DNA of 64,000 nucleotides, taken from positions 207 to 64,206 of the forward strand of contig JAHJPG010000096.1 in assembly GCA_018819925.1 (NCBI GenBank). Direction: 5' to 3'. This document shows positions 37,854 to 46,681 of this stretch, piece after piece (position 1 is the first letter of the stretch; each line of letters starts with the position of its first letter). The notes below the pieces were generated by a model. It was not told where the DNA came from. It saw nothing but the letters and a program-made list of their open reading frames with translations, and did no database searches. A program made the translations under genes and the position numbers. The stretch comes from Pseudomonadota bacterium (lineage in GTDB: Bacteria; Desulfobacterota; Desulfarculia; Desulfarculales; Desulfarculaceae).

Positions 37854-38405
37854 ATGAGTAGCGCAGTCCCAAAGGGTGGATTCGACCGCTTTGTGGGCGC
37901 CGTGACCTGGTTGTCGCTGCAAAGCGGCTGGCTGGCCGGGTCCCTGGCAGTGATCATGATGGCGGCCCTGGTCCGCGAAGTGGGCGGCCGTTATTTCTTC
38001 AACACCCCCACCGACTGGGCGGTGGACCTCAATGCCTTCCTTCTGGTGGGCATGGTCTACGTGGGCTCGGCCTACACCACCTCGATGGACGGCCACGTGC
38101 GGGCCGATTTCTTTTACGGGCGCTTCCGCAAGCGCGGCAAGGCCCGGCTGGACCTTTTCATCGACACGGTTTGCATTTATTACGCCGCTATTTTGGTCTG
38201 GGAGGGCTGGAAATTGGCCTGGGAGTCGCTGGTGTACGACGAGGTTTCTTCGGGCGGGGTGCGCTGGCCCCTGTTCCCCTTCCAGGTGCTGGTCCCCCTG
38301 GGCTCGGCCATGGTGATCCTGCTGCTGGTGGTCAGGATAATTTGCAACGCGCGCTATCTGCTGGGCAAGGGAGAGCCTTACTCGGTTGAGAAGGGCGGCC
38401 ACTGA
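37854..38405 (+). CDS. dctQ: TRAP small permease DctQ
   Basis: 4 TM, RYFFN.PTDW, HVRAD. Confidence 0.88.
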   Translation: MSSAVPKGGFDRFVGAVTWLSLQSGWLAGSLAVIMMAALVREVGGRYFFNTPTDWAVDLNAFLLVGMVYVGSAYTTSMDGHVRADFFYGRFRKRGKARLDLFIDTVCIYYAAILVWEGWKLAWESLVYDEVSSGGVRWPLFPFQVLVPLGSAMVILLLVVRIICNARYLLGKGEPYSVEKGGH

Positions 38406-39706
38406 TGGAGTGGTGGCTGCTTCTGAGCGTAATCCTGGTCAGCCTGCTGCTGCTGATCTTCATCGGGGTGCCCATCGCCTTCAGCCTGGGAGCCCTTTCC
38501 CTGACCTTGGTGCTGCTGCTGCTGGGGCCGGACAAGTTGATGCTGGCGGCCACCACCGGCTTTGGGCAGATAAACAACTTCGCCCTGGCGGCCATACCCT
38601 TATTCATATTCATGGCGGAAATTATTTTGCATTCGGGGGTGAGCACCGACGCCTTTGACATGCTCTCCAAGTGGACCGGCCGGCTCCCCGGCGGCCTGGC
38701 CGTGGCCAGCCAGCTCACCTGCACCCTGTTCGCCTCGGTGTCCGGGGCCAGCACCGCCACCGCTGCAGCGGTGGGCCGCATCGCCGTGCCGGAGATGCTC
38801 TCCCGGGGCTATGAGAAGCGCCTCTCCTGCGGTTCCATAGCCGCCGGCGGCGCCCTGGGGGCCCTCATTCCGCCGAGCATCTACATGATCATTTACGGCA
38901 CCCTGGTGGAGGAGTCCATCGGGCAGCTTTTCATGGGCGGCGTGGTTCCCGGCCTCATGCTCAGCGCCATGTTCATCGCCTACATCATCATCCGCTGCGC
39001 CATCAGCCCCCATCTGGCCCCCCGGGCCGAGGGAATCACCTGGCGCGAGCGTTGGCGCTCCCTGTACAAGGTGTGGGCCATCCTCTTTTTGGCCCTGGCC
39101 ATGCTCGTCTCCATATACCTGGGCATCGCCACCCCGGCGGAAATCGCGGGCGTGGGCTGCTTCTTGGCCATGGTCATCGGCTTCGCCTACCGCCGGCTCA
39201 CCTGGCAAGCCATCAAGGGAGCCTTTCTGAGCACCTGCCGCATCACCTGCTTCATCGGTTGGGTGTTGGTGGCCGCCTCCCTGTTCGGCTTTGTGCTCTC
39301 CTACTTGCAGCTTCCCCAGCAGCTTTCCCAATGGCTGGTGGAGCAATCGGCCTCGCCCTATCTGGTGATCGTGGGCATCAACATCATCCTCATCTTCCTG
39401 GGCTGCATCATGGACCCCGCCGGCATCCTGCTGGTCACCATCCCCATCTTCGTGCCCATTATAAAGGCCCTGGGCTTCGATCCGGTCTGGTTCGGGGTGA
39501 TGTTCGTGGTCAACACCGAGATGGCCCAGATCACCCCGCCCTTGGGGTTGAACCTCTACATCATCAAGGGAATCGCGCCCTCCAACGTCTCCCTGAAGGA
39601 CATCCTGATCGGGGCGGCTCCCTTCATGCTCCTGGATTCCGTGGGGCTGGCCCTGGTGATAATCTTCCCGCAGATAATCATGTGGCTGCCTTCAACCATG
39701 ATGTAG
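38405..39706 (+). CDS. dctM: TRAP large permease DctM
   Basis: AIPLFI.M, GGLA, SGASTATAA, LIPPSI, ITPPLGLNL. Confidence 0.93.
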   Translation: MEWWLLLSVILVSLLLLIFIGVPIAFSLGALSLTLVLLLLGPDKLMLAATTGFGQINNFALAAIPLFIFMAEIILHSGVSTDAFDMLSKWTGRLPGGLAVASQLTCTLFASVSGASTATAAAVGRIAVPEMLSRGYEKRLSCGSIAAGGALGALIPPSIYMIIYGTLVEESIGQLFMGGVVPGLMLSAMFIAYIIIRCAISPHLAPRAEGITWRERWRSLYKVWAILFLALAMLVSIYLGIATPAEIAGVGCFLAMVIGFAYRRLTWQAIKGAFLSTCRITCFIGWVLVAASLFGFVLSYLQLPQQLSQWLVEQSASPYLVIVGINIILIFLGCIMDPAGILLVTIPIFVPIIKALGFDPVWFGVMFVVNTEMAQITPPLGLNLYIIKGIAPSNVSLKDILIGAAPFMLLDSVGLALVIIFPQIIMWLPSTMM

Positions 39707-39763
39707 GCGTGTCCCGAGTTTGGGCGCGCCGTCCCGGGGTGGGCGGCGCGCAAGGATGAAACC

Positions 39764-40138
39764 ATGCGCAATGTATTCGATATAAGCGACCTCAAGGACA
39801 TCCCGGCCTTTTCGCCGCCCCACCACACCGGCACCGTGGACCGCAAACTGGTTCACGACGGGGCCGGGGCCGAGCACATGGCCATTTGGCACGGAGAGAT
39901 CGAACCCGGCGGCACCGCCGAGGAGCATGTCCACCAGGACATGGAGCAGGCCTTTTACGTCCTGGGAGGGGAGGGGCTTTTCACCCTGGAGCAGCAAGCG
40001 CACCGCCTGGCCAAGGGCGGCCTCATTTTCGTGCCCCCCAAAGTGCCCCACAGCATCGTTTCAACGGGAGAGGTGAGCTTGCAGATGCTCATCATCATGT
40101 CCCCACCTCCCGCCGGCGCCAATGTTTGGCAAGAATGA
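39764..40138 (+). CDS. cupin domain protein
   Basis: HVHQDMEQAFYVLGGEG..GGLIFVPP.VPH cupin motifs. Confidence 0.88.
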   Translation: MRNVFDISDLKDIPAFSPPHHTGTVDRKLVHDGAGAEHMAIWHGEIEPGGTAEEHVHQDMEQAFYVLGGEGLFTLEQQAHRLAKGGLIFVPPKVPHSIVSTGEVSLQMLIIMSPPPAGANVWQE

Positions 40139-40179
40139 TTGCCGTCCAACACGCCGGCAGCGACATCTAAAAATTTATC

Positions 40180-40331
40180 CGCACCCGGCGGCCTCCTTGC
40201 GGGCGGCAGGCGGCCCGGTGTCGCCTTGCGCCTGCGAGGAACACAAAAGAGACGCACTACCGTAGGGAGGCCCCGGGCAACCCGGAGGCAGCCGGACCAC
40301 GCCCGGCCGTGGTCGCGAGCCGGGGGGTGCG
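40180..40331. other. GC-rich multibranch RNA/DNA structure in intergenic region
   Basis: Closing stem 40180-89:40319-31 enclosing stems 40190-202:40260-72 (with inner 40206-12:40229-35), 40273-85 and 40295-314. Confidence 0.45.
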
Positions 40332-40577
40332 CCTGCTTGAAGGATTCGGGGCCGCGTTGCCGTGGAGCGGCGCATCCAAAAAAAGTCCTTGACATCGGCG
40401 GCCCGGCAAAAGTAATAATGTTTGCATATATCGATTATCGGTAATTAGACGTTGGGCGATATAGATTTATAAGGCAAGTAAACAAAGTAGTTACAAATAT
40501 TTTTAATCGCAAACAATGTTACTTTAATTGGGCCGCCTTTGTTTGCCGTCTTGTAGGGACCAGCGAGGGAAAGTCTT

Positions 40578-41213
40578 TTGCCAAGATTGCTTCCATCTGA
40601 TACTCCGCCTTCCCGTTCAGCGGAGTTTTTGGACCCCGAGGTGCATCGCCGCCTCGAGGCGGCGGTCCTCGATGTGTTTTCCCAGTCCGATTTTCACCGG
40701 GCCAACATCCGCACGATTGCCAAAATGGCCGGGATTAGCTTCACCACCATTTACAGGCACTACGGCAGCAAGGAAGGCCTCCTGTTCTCCTTTGTCAATG
40801 ATTGGCTCAGGGGGCTCACCGAGCGAATGGCCGACCACCTGCAGGGCATAGAGGATCTCAAGGAAAAACTGCGCAAGTTTTTCTGGGTGCAGTTGGACTA
40901 TTACGAGAGAAATCCGGGCGTGGGGCGCATCATCTTCATGACCGTGCCCATCACCACCTGGATGGGCGACAAGACTTTTGCCCAAGACAAGATGATCCAC
41001 CTGTTTTTGGATACCCTGCGCCAGGGGCAAGCCGCCGGAGTGCTCAACTCCCGGGTGCGTGCCGGGGTGTTGGTGGATATCTTCAACGGCATGGTGCAAC
41101 GCACCTTTTTTATGTGGGTGTATCGTGGCCAGAACGAGAGCCTCGCCGCCCAGGCCAACGTGCTTTTCGAGATGCTCTGGAGAGCCATAGAAAACCCGGA
41201 GCGCCCCGCCTAG
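40578..41213 (+). CDS. TetR/AcrR family regulator
   Basis: AVLDVFSQSDFHRANIRTIAKMAGISFTTIYRHYGSKEGL HTH. Confidence 0.92.
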   Translation: MPRLLPSDTPPSRSAEFLDPEVHRRLEAAVLDVFSQSDFHRANIRTIAKMAGISFTTIYRHYGSKEGLLFSFVNDWLRGLTERMADHLQGIEDLKEKLRKFFWVQLDYYERNPGVGRIIFMTVPITTWMGDKTFAQDKMIHLFLDTLRQGQAAGVLNSRVRAGVLVDIFNGMVQRTFFMWVYRGQNESLAAQANVLFEMLWRAIENPERPA

Positions 41214-41266
41214 CCGCCGGGCGTTGAGAATTGCCCCCCTGAAGGGGTATTTTGTAGGCGCTGATG

Positions 41267-41371
41267 AGTAACAAAGTTTGCATTATAGTTTAGAATTACG
41301 CTTAAAAGCGATATAAATGTACATAACTAGGCTAAATAATAGATAAAAATATGTAATAACATAGTTTGCGA
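41267..41371 (+). promoter_or_regulatory. candidate operator pair (A.TAACA..GTTTGC)
   Basis: AGTAACAAAGTTTGCAT (41267-83) and AATAACATAGTTTGCGA (41355-71); third copy on - strand at 40507-23 upstream of tetR. Confidence 0.5.
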
Positions 41372-41471
41372 AGCAAGAGGGCGATGCGCAAGGAATGGCC
41401 TGGCAAGGTGCCCGGCCTTGGCTACCAGGCGGGATTTTACGGCCTGCCGACAATTAAACAGGAGGGGTGTG

Positions 41472-42545
41472 ATGAAAAAAGTTGTTCTCATGGCGCTGCT
41501 GTCCCTGGCGATCATCAGTTTGCCCATGCTGGCCTCGGCCGGCGGCATGGGCAAACCCATCGTTCTAAAGGTGCCCAGCGCCTTTCCGGACAAACTGCCC
41601 ATGCTTAACACCATCAACTACTTTGCCAGCGTGGTGGAGAAAGCCAGCGCGGGCAACATCAAGGTCAAGGTTTACGCGCCCGGCAAGTTGGTGCCCGCTT
41701 TCGAGATCTACGGCGCGGTCAGCTCCGGGCAGGTCAACGCCGGCTACACCGCTTCCATGTATCTAGCCGGCAAGATACCGGCTGCCTCCATCTTCACGGC
41801 GGTGCCCTTCGGCCCCAACGTCACCGAGTATCTGGCTTGGTTTTACAACGGCAACGGCCTGAAGCTCGAACAGGAGATGTACGACAGCAACGGATACAAC
41901 CTCAAGGTCTTTCCCCTGGTATTCATGAGCCCCGAGAGCGGCGGATGGTTCCGCAAGCCCATCAACTCGGTGGAAGACCTCAAGGGCCTCAGGCTGCGCT
42001 TCCCCGGCCTGGCCGGCAAGGTGATGACCAAGCTGGGCGCCAGCGTGAGCGCCATTCCCGGCAAGGAGATATTCCCGGCCCTGGAGAAGGGGGCCATCGA
42101 CGGAACCGAATTCAGCCAGCCGGCCATCGACGCCAAGCTGGGCTTCTGGAAGGTGGCCAAATACAACTACTTCCCCGGTTGGCACCAGAGCGCCACCATG
42201 CTGGAGTTGGTTATCAACAAGGACACCTGGAACAAGATGTCGCCCGCCCAGCAGACCCTGATCGAAACCGCGGTCAGGGCATCCAACGCCTGGTGTATCG
42301 CCCTGAGCGAGTCGGCCCAGACGGCCGCCCTCAAGGCCAATGAAAAACACGGCGCCAAGAACATGATCTATCCGCCGGAAGTGCTCAAGGCCCTGAAAAA
42401 GACCTGGCAGGAGGTCATCAGCGAGGAGACCGCCAAGGATGCCTTTTTCCAGAAGACATGGAACGACCTGACCGCCTTCATGGCCGACTACCGCATCTGG
42501 TACTGCCACAGCGCCGGCGCGCTGCCCGGGGCCAGCTGTAAGTAG
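41472..42545 (+). CDS. dctP: TRAP substrate-binding protein (TakP/monocarboxylate-like)
   Basis: Signal peptide; VPFGP, GGWFRKPINSVEDLKGLRLR.PG, LEKGAIDGTE, YNYFPGWHQ. Confidence 0.88.
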   Translation: MKKVVLMALLSLAIISLPMLASAGGMGKPIVLKVPSAFPDKLPMLNTINYFASVVEKASAGNIKVKVYAPGKLVPAFEIYGAVSSGQVNAGYTASMYLAGKIPAASIFTAVPFGPNVTEYLAWFYNGNGLKLEQEMYDSNGYNLKVFPLVFMSPESGGWFRKPINSVEDLKGLRLRFPGLAGKVMTKLGASVSAIPGKEIFPALEKGAIDGTEFSQPAIDAKLGFWKVAKYNYFPGWHQSATMLELVINKDTWNKMSPAQQTLIETAVRASNAWCIALSESAQTAALKANEKHGAKNMIYPPEVLKALKKTWQEVISEETAKDAFFQKTWNDLTAFMADYRIWYCHSAGALPGASCK

Positions 42546-42590
42546 GCATGGCGCACCTTGAGGGCAACAACTGACAAGGAACGCAGCGGC

Positions 42591-43097
42591 ATGACCGGCG
42601 CCCTGGAGAAATTCCTCCTGGGCGTCGGCCACGCCGCTTGCTGGGCCAACGGCATTCTGGTGCTGGTGATCGTGCTACAGGTCATCCTGCGCTACGTTTT
42701 TCACAGCGGCATGGTGATGCTGGAGGAGTTGGAGTGGCACCTCTATGCCGTGGGAATCCTCTTCGGGTTGAGCTATTGCGTGACCAATGGTTCTCATGTT
42801 CGCATGGATCTCATATCCAGCCGCTTCAGCCCCCGCACCCGCGAGATAATCGAGAGCCTGGGCATCCTCATCCTGCTGTTACCCTTCGTGGTGGCCGTCT
42901 TTTTGCACGGCATGGATTTTCTGGGCCGTTCCTGGGTGCTGAACGAGCGCTCCGACGCTCCCCTGGGGCTTCCCTTTCGCTGGATCATAAAGTCGGCGAT
43001 ACCCCTGAGCTTCCTCATGTTGGGCCTTGCCGGCCTGGCCCGGCTGGTCAGAAGCTTCCAGATCATCATCAGGAGAGGCGGCCATGGAACTGACTGA
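42591..43097 (+). CDS. dctQ: TRAP small permease DctQ
   Basis: VILRY.F, ELEWHLY, HVRMD. Confidence 0.88.
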   Translation: MTGALEKFLLGVGHAACWANGILVLVIVLQVILRYVFHSGMVMLEELEWHLYAVGILFGLSYCVTNGSHVRMDLISSRFSPRTREIIESLGILILLLPFVVAVFLHGMDFLGRSWVLNERSDAPLGLPFRWIIKSAIPLSFLMLGLAGLARLVRSFQIIIRRGGHGTD

Positions 43098-44469
43098 TTA
43101 TTTCGTCATACTCATGTTCGCCAGCTTCATCTGCTTTCTCCTGCTGGGAGTGCCCATCGCCTATTGCCTGTGGGGCACGGCCATGATCTTTTCCCTGGTG
43201 GGATGGGGTTCGGATATATATCTGCACACCAACACAGGCCTGGGCTACAACTTCCTGGGCGTGGCGGTTCGGCGCATCTACAACGTGATGAGCAACTGGG
43301 TGCTGGTGGCCCTGCCCATGTTCATCTTCATGGGCCTGATGCTGGAGCGCTCCGGCGTGGCCGAGCGCCTGATGCGTTCGGCCCAAGAGCTCTTCGGCCG
43401 GGTGCGGGGGGGCTTGGCGGTCACCACCGCCCTGATCGGCGTGCTCCTGGCCGCGTCCACCGGCATCGTGGGGGCCTCGGTGGTGCTCTTGGGCATGCTC
43501 AGTCTGCCCACCATGCTGGAACAGGGCTATTCCAAGGAGCTTAGTCTGGGCACCATAGCCGGAGCCGGCACCTTGGGAATCCTCATCCCGCCCAGCATCA
43601 TGCTGGTGATGATGGCCGACCAATTGGCCCTGAGCGTGGGCGACCTCTTCCTGGGCGCCTTCATCCCCGGCTTGGCCCTGGCGGTGCTCTATATCCTCTA
43701 CATACTGGTGTTTTCCTACCTAAGGCCCAAGGCGGCCCCCCTGGCGCCGGAGCGGCACCCCTTCTCATGGCGCATCGTGGTGCGTCTGGCGCGGGACGTG
43801 CTGCCCCCGGCGGTGCTGATCCTGGCGGTGCTGGGCTCCATCTTCGCGGGCATCGCCACGGTGACCGAGGCCAGCGGGGTGGGCGCCATGGCCGCGGTTC
43901 TGCTCACCCTGACCAGCCGCAGGCTGAACTTCAGGGTGCTCAAACAGGTGCTGGTGGGGACCTTCAACACCACCGGCTACATCTTCGGCATCCTGATCGG
44001 GGCCAACGCCTTTGCCCTGGTGCCCAGGGGCCTGGGCGGAGACGAAGCAATAGAGCGCATGCTCACCGCTCTGCCCTTCGGGCCCCTCGGGGTGGTTTTC
44101 TTCCTGATTATCTGCGTTTTTCTGTTGGGCTTCTTCCTGGATTGGGTGGAGATCACCCTGATCATCCTGCCCTTGGTGGCCCCGGTGGTGGCCGGCCTGG
44201 ACCTGGACGTTCCGGGATACGGGGTGGTGGACGACCCCAAGCAGGTTTGGTTCTCCATACTCCTGGCGGTAACCCTGCAGACCTCGTTCCTCACGCCTCC
44301 GGTGGGCTTCAGTCTTTTCTATCTGAAGGGCATATGCCCGCCGGAGGTGACCTTGGGGCATCTGTACAGAGGGGTGATCCCCTTCATCATCTTGCAGATG
44401 GTGGCCCTGATGCTCACCTTCTTCTGGCCCGAGTTGGTTACCTGGCTGCCCGGCGTGGCGTACCAGTAG
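43084..44469 (+). CDS. dctM: TRAP large permease DctM
   Basis: ALPMFIFMG.MLERSG, LLAASTGIVGASV, GTLGILIPPS, QTSFLTPPVG. Confidence 0.92.
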   Translation: MELTDYFVILMFASFICFLLLGVPIAYCLWGTAMIFSLVGWGSDIYLHTNTGLGYNFLGVAVRRIYNVMSNWVLVALPMFIFMGLMLERSGVAERLMRSAQELFGRVRGGLAVTTALIGVLLAASTGIVGASVVLLGMLSLPTMLEQGYSKELSLGTIAGAGTLGILIPPSIMLVMMADQLALSVGDLFLGAFIPGLALAVLYILYILVFSYLRPKAAPLAPERHPFSWRIVVRLARDVLPPAVLILAVLGSIFAGIATVTEASGVGAMAAVLLTLTSRRLNFRVLKQVLVGTFNTTGYIFGILIGANAFALVPRGLGGDEAIERMLTALPFGPLGVVFFLIICVFLLGFFLDWVEITLIILPLVAPVVAGLDLDVPGYGVVDDPKQVWFSILLAVTLQTSFLTPPVGFSLFYLKGICPPEVTLGHLYRGVIPFIILQMVALMLTFFWPELVTWLPGVAYQ

Positions 44470-44496
44470 GACCGGCTCCGGCATGAAAGCACAACC

Positions 44497-45750
44497 ATGA
44501 GAGACATATACATTATCGGCGCGGCCAGCACCCGCTTCCAGAAATGGCCGGACAAATCATTCAAGGACCTGACCCGCGAGGCCTATCTGGAAGTGCTGGC
44601 CGACGCCGGGCTGGACGACGGAGAGGAAATCGACTTCGCCTATTTCGGCAATTGCGCCATGCACCACTGGGGCCAAGGCTTTATCAGGGGCCAGGTGTGC
44701 TTCCTGCCCCTGATCCAGGAAGGCCTCTTTCCGGAGCGCACCCCCATCGTCAACGTGGAAGGAGCTTGCGCGACCGCCTCCATGGCCCTGCACGGGGCCT
44801 GGAAAGACGTGTTGTCCGGCCAATCCCACTTGGCCCTGGCCATGGGCGTGGAGAAGATTTTCTTCCCAGACGATCCGGCCCTGACCTTCTCCCTTTTCGA
44901 CGACGGCCTGGACAATTTCGACCGTCAGGACCTTATAAAGACCTATGAGGATATCGCGGCCAAATGCGGCCGGAGCTTTCTATCCGGGCCGGACCGCACC
45001 ATTTTCATGGACACCTACGCCATGCAGGCCTGCTATCACATGTGGCGCCACGGCACCACCCAGCGCCAGATCGCGGCGGGGGCGGCCAAGAACCATCACC
45101 ACGCCACCATGAACCCCAAGGCTCAGTACCAGTTCGAGGTGCCCGTGGAAAAGGTGCTGGGCGACCGGCTAATCAGCTATCCCCTGACCCGGGCCATGTG
45201 CGCGCCCATCGGCGATGGCGCGGCCGCGGCCTTGTTGTGCTCCGCCGAGTTCCTGAGCGGTCTGCCCCCGTCAACTCGGGCGCGGGCCGTGAAGATCAAG
45301 GCCAGCGTGCTCACCAGCGGCAAGTTTCGCGGGTATGACGAGCCCAGCCTAAGCCACGTGGCCGCCCGGCGGGCCTACGCCATGGCAGGGGTGGAGCCCG
45401 GCGACATCGACGTGGCCGAGGTGCATGACGCCACCAGCTTCTGCGAGATATACCAGGCCGAGATGCTGGGTTTCTGCCCGGTGGGCCAGGGAGGGCCTTT
45501 TGTGGAATCCGGGGCCACCGCCCTGGGAGGCGGCATACCCATCAACACCTCCGGCGGGTTGGTCAGCAAGGGCCACCCCATAGGCGCCACCGGCCTATCC
45601 ATGATCTATGAACTCTGCGCCCAGCTAAGGGGCGAGGCGGGGCCGCGCCAGGTGCCCGGCGCGCGTCTGGCCCTGCAGGAAAACGGCGGCGGGGTCGTCA
45701 GCCTTGAGGAAGCGGCCTGTTCGGTGGTCATTCTGGAAAAGGATGCCTAG
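44497..45750 (+). CDS. thiolase family protein (SCP2/SCP-x-like)
   Basis: VNVEGACATAS (Cys), KNH, AEVHDA, INTSGGL.SKGHPIGATG, ENGGG. Confidence 0.88.
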   Translation: MRDIYIIGAASTRFQKWPDKSFKDLTREAYLEVLADAGLDDGEEIDFAYFGNCAMHHWGQGFIRGQVCFLPLIQEGLFPERTPIVNVEGACATASMALHGAWKDVLSGQSHLALAMGVEKIFFPDDPALTFSLFDDGLDNFDRQDLIKTYEDIAAKCGRSFLSGPDRTIFMDTYAMQACYHMWRHGTTQRQIAAGAAKNHHHATMNPKAQYQFEVPVEKVLGDRLISYPLTRAMCAPIGDGAAAALLCSAEFLSGLPPSTRARAVKIKASVLTSGKFRGYDEPSLSHVAARRAYAMAGVEPGDIDVAEVHDATSFCEIYQAEMLGFCPVGQGGPFVESGATALGGGIPINTSGGLVSKGHPIGATGLSMIYELCAQLRGEAGPRQVPGARLALQENGGGVVSLEEAACSVVILEKDA

Positions 45751-45752
45751 AT

Positions 45753-46670
45753 ATGCAGCGGATAAGATACGACGACAGGGTGGCCATCGTAACCGGGGCC
45801 GGCAGCGGCCTGGGCCGCGATTACGCCAAATTTCTAGCCTCGCGGGGGGCCAAGGTGTTGGTGAACGACCTGGGCAGCGGCTACAACGACCAGCAACGCT
45901 CGGCCTCGCCGGCCCAGCAGGTGGTGGATGAAATCCGCGCGGCCGGCGGACAGGCCGTGGCCAATCATGCCAGCGTGGCGAACTGGGATGAGGCGCAAAG
46001 CATCGTGCGGGACTGCCTCGACGCCTTCGGCACGGTGGACATCGTGGTCAACAACGCCGGCATCCTGCGCGACAAGTCCTTCTGCAAGATGTCCGTGGAC
46101 GACTTTCTATTGGTGCATCAGGTGCACCTAATGGGCGCTTACTACGTGACCCGGGCCGCGTTCCCCACTTTAAGGGACAAGGCCTATGGCCGGGTGGTGC
46201 TCACCACGTCCACCAGCGGGCTGTTCGGGGTGTTCGGCCAGACCAACTATTCGGCGGCCAAGCTGGGGTTGGTGGGCTTCATGAACGCGCTGAAACAAGA
46301 GGGGCAACGCCACAACATTCTGGTCAATGCGGTGGCGCCCTTGGCCTTCACCCGCATGAGCGAACTTACAGGCTTCTTTTCAGAAGAGGCCGGCGCCTTT
46401 CTCAAGCCTGAGTTGGTCACCCCCTTGGTGGCTTTTTTTTGCAGTGAACAATGCGACCGCAATGGGGATATCATAGCTGCTGGTGGCGGCTATTTCGCCA
46501 AGGTTGAGATAATGGAAGGGCATGGGTTGCGCTTTGACCCTAACAGCGAGTTAAGCCCGGAGATGATCGCCGAGCGCTACAACCAAATAAGCGATATGAG
46601 CCGAGGCCGCTCCTTTGCATCAGCCAACCAACACATCCAGGCGGCCCTGGGGCCGCAAGCGCCGCGTTAG
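45753..46670 (+). CDS. SDR 3-hydroxyacyl-CoA dehydrogenase (MFE-2/FOX2-like)
   Basis: TGAGSGLGR, VNDLG, NNAGILRD, SGLFG.FGQTNYSAAK, VNAVAP. Confidence 0.9.
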   Translation: MQRIRYDDRVAIVTGAGSGLGRDYAKFLASRGAKVLVNDLGSGYNDQQRSASPAQQVVDEIRAAGGQAVANHASVANWDEAQSIVRDCLDAFGTVDIVVNNAGILRDKSFCKMSVDDFLLVHQVHLMGAYYVTRAAFPTLRDKAYGRVVLTTSTSGLFGVFGQTNYSAAKLGLVGFMNALKQEGQRHNILVNAVAPLAFTRMSELTGFFSEEAGAFLKPELVTPLVAFFCSEQCDRNGDIIAAGGGYFAKVEIMEGHGLRFDPNSELSPEMIAERYNQISDMSRGRSFASANQHIQAALGPQAPR

Positions 46671-46681
46671 GGGGTGAAATT

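Noticed and set aside
40260-40300. SRP (4.5S) RNA suggested by GCAA loop and AGGCAGC
   Set aside because: Lacks the CAGG-NNN-GNRA-NNN-AGCAG helix-8 spacing
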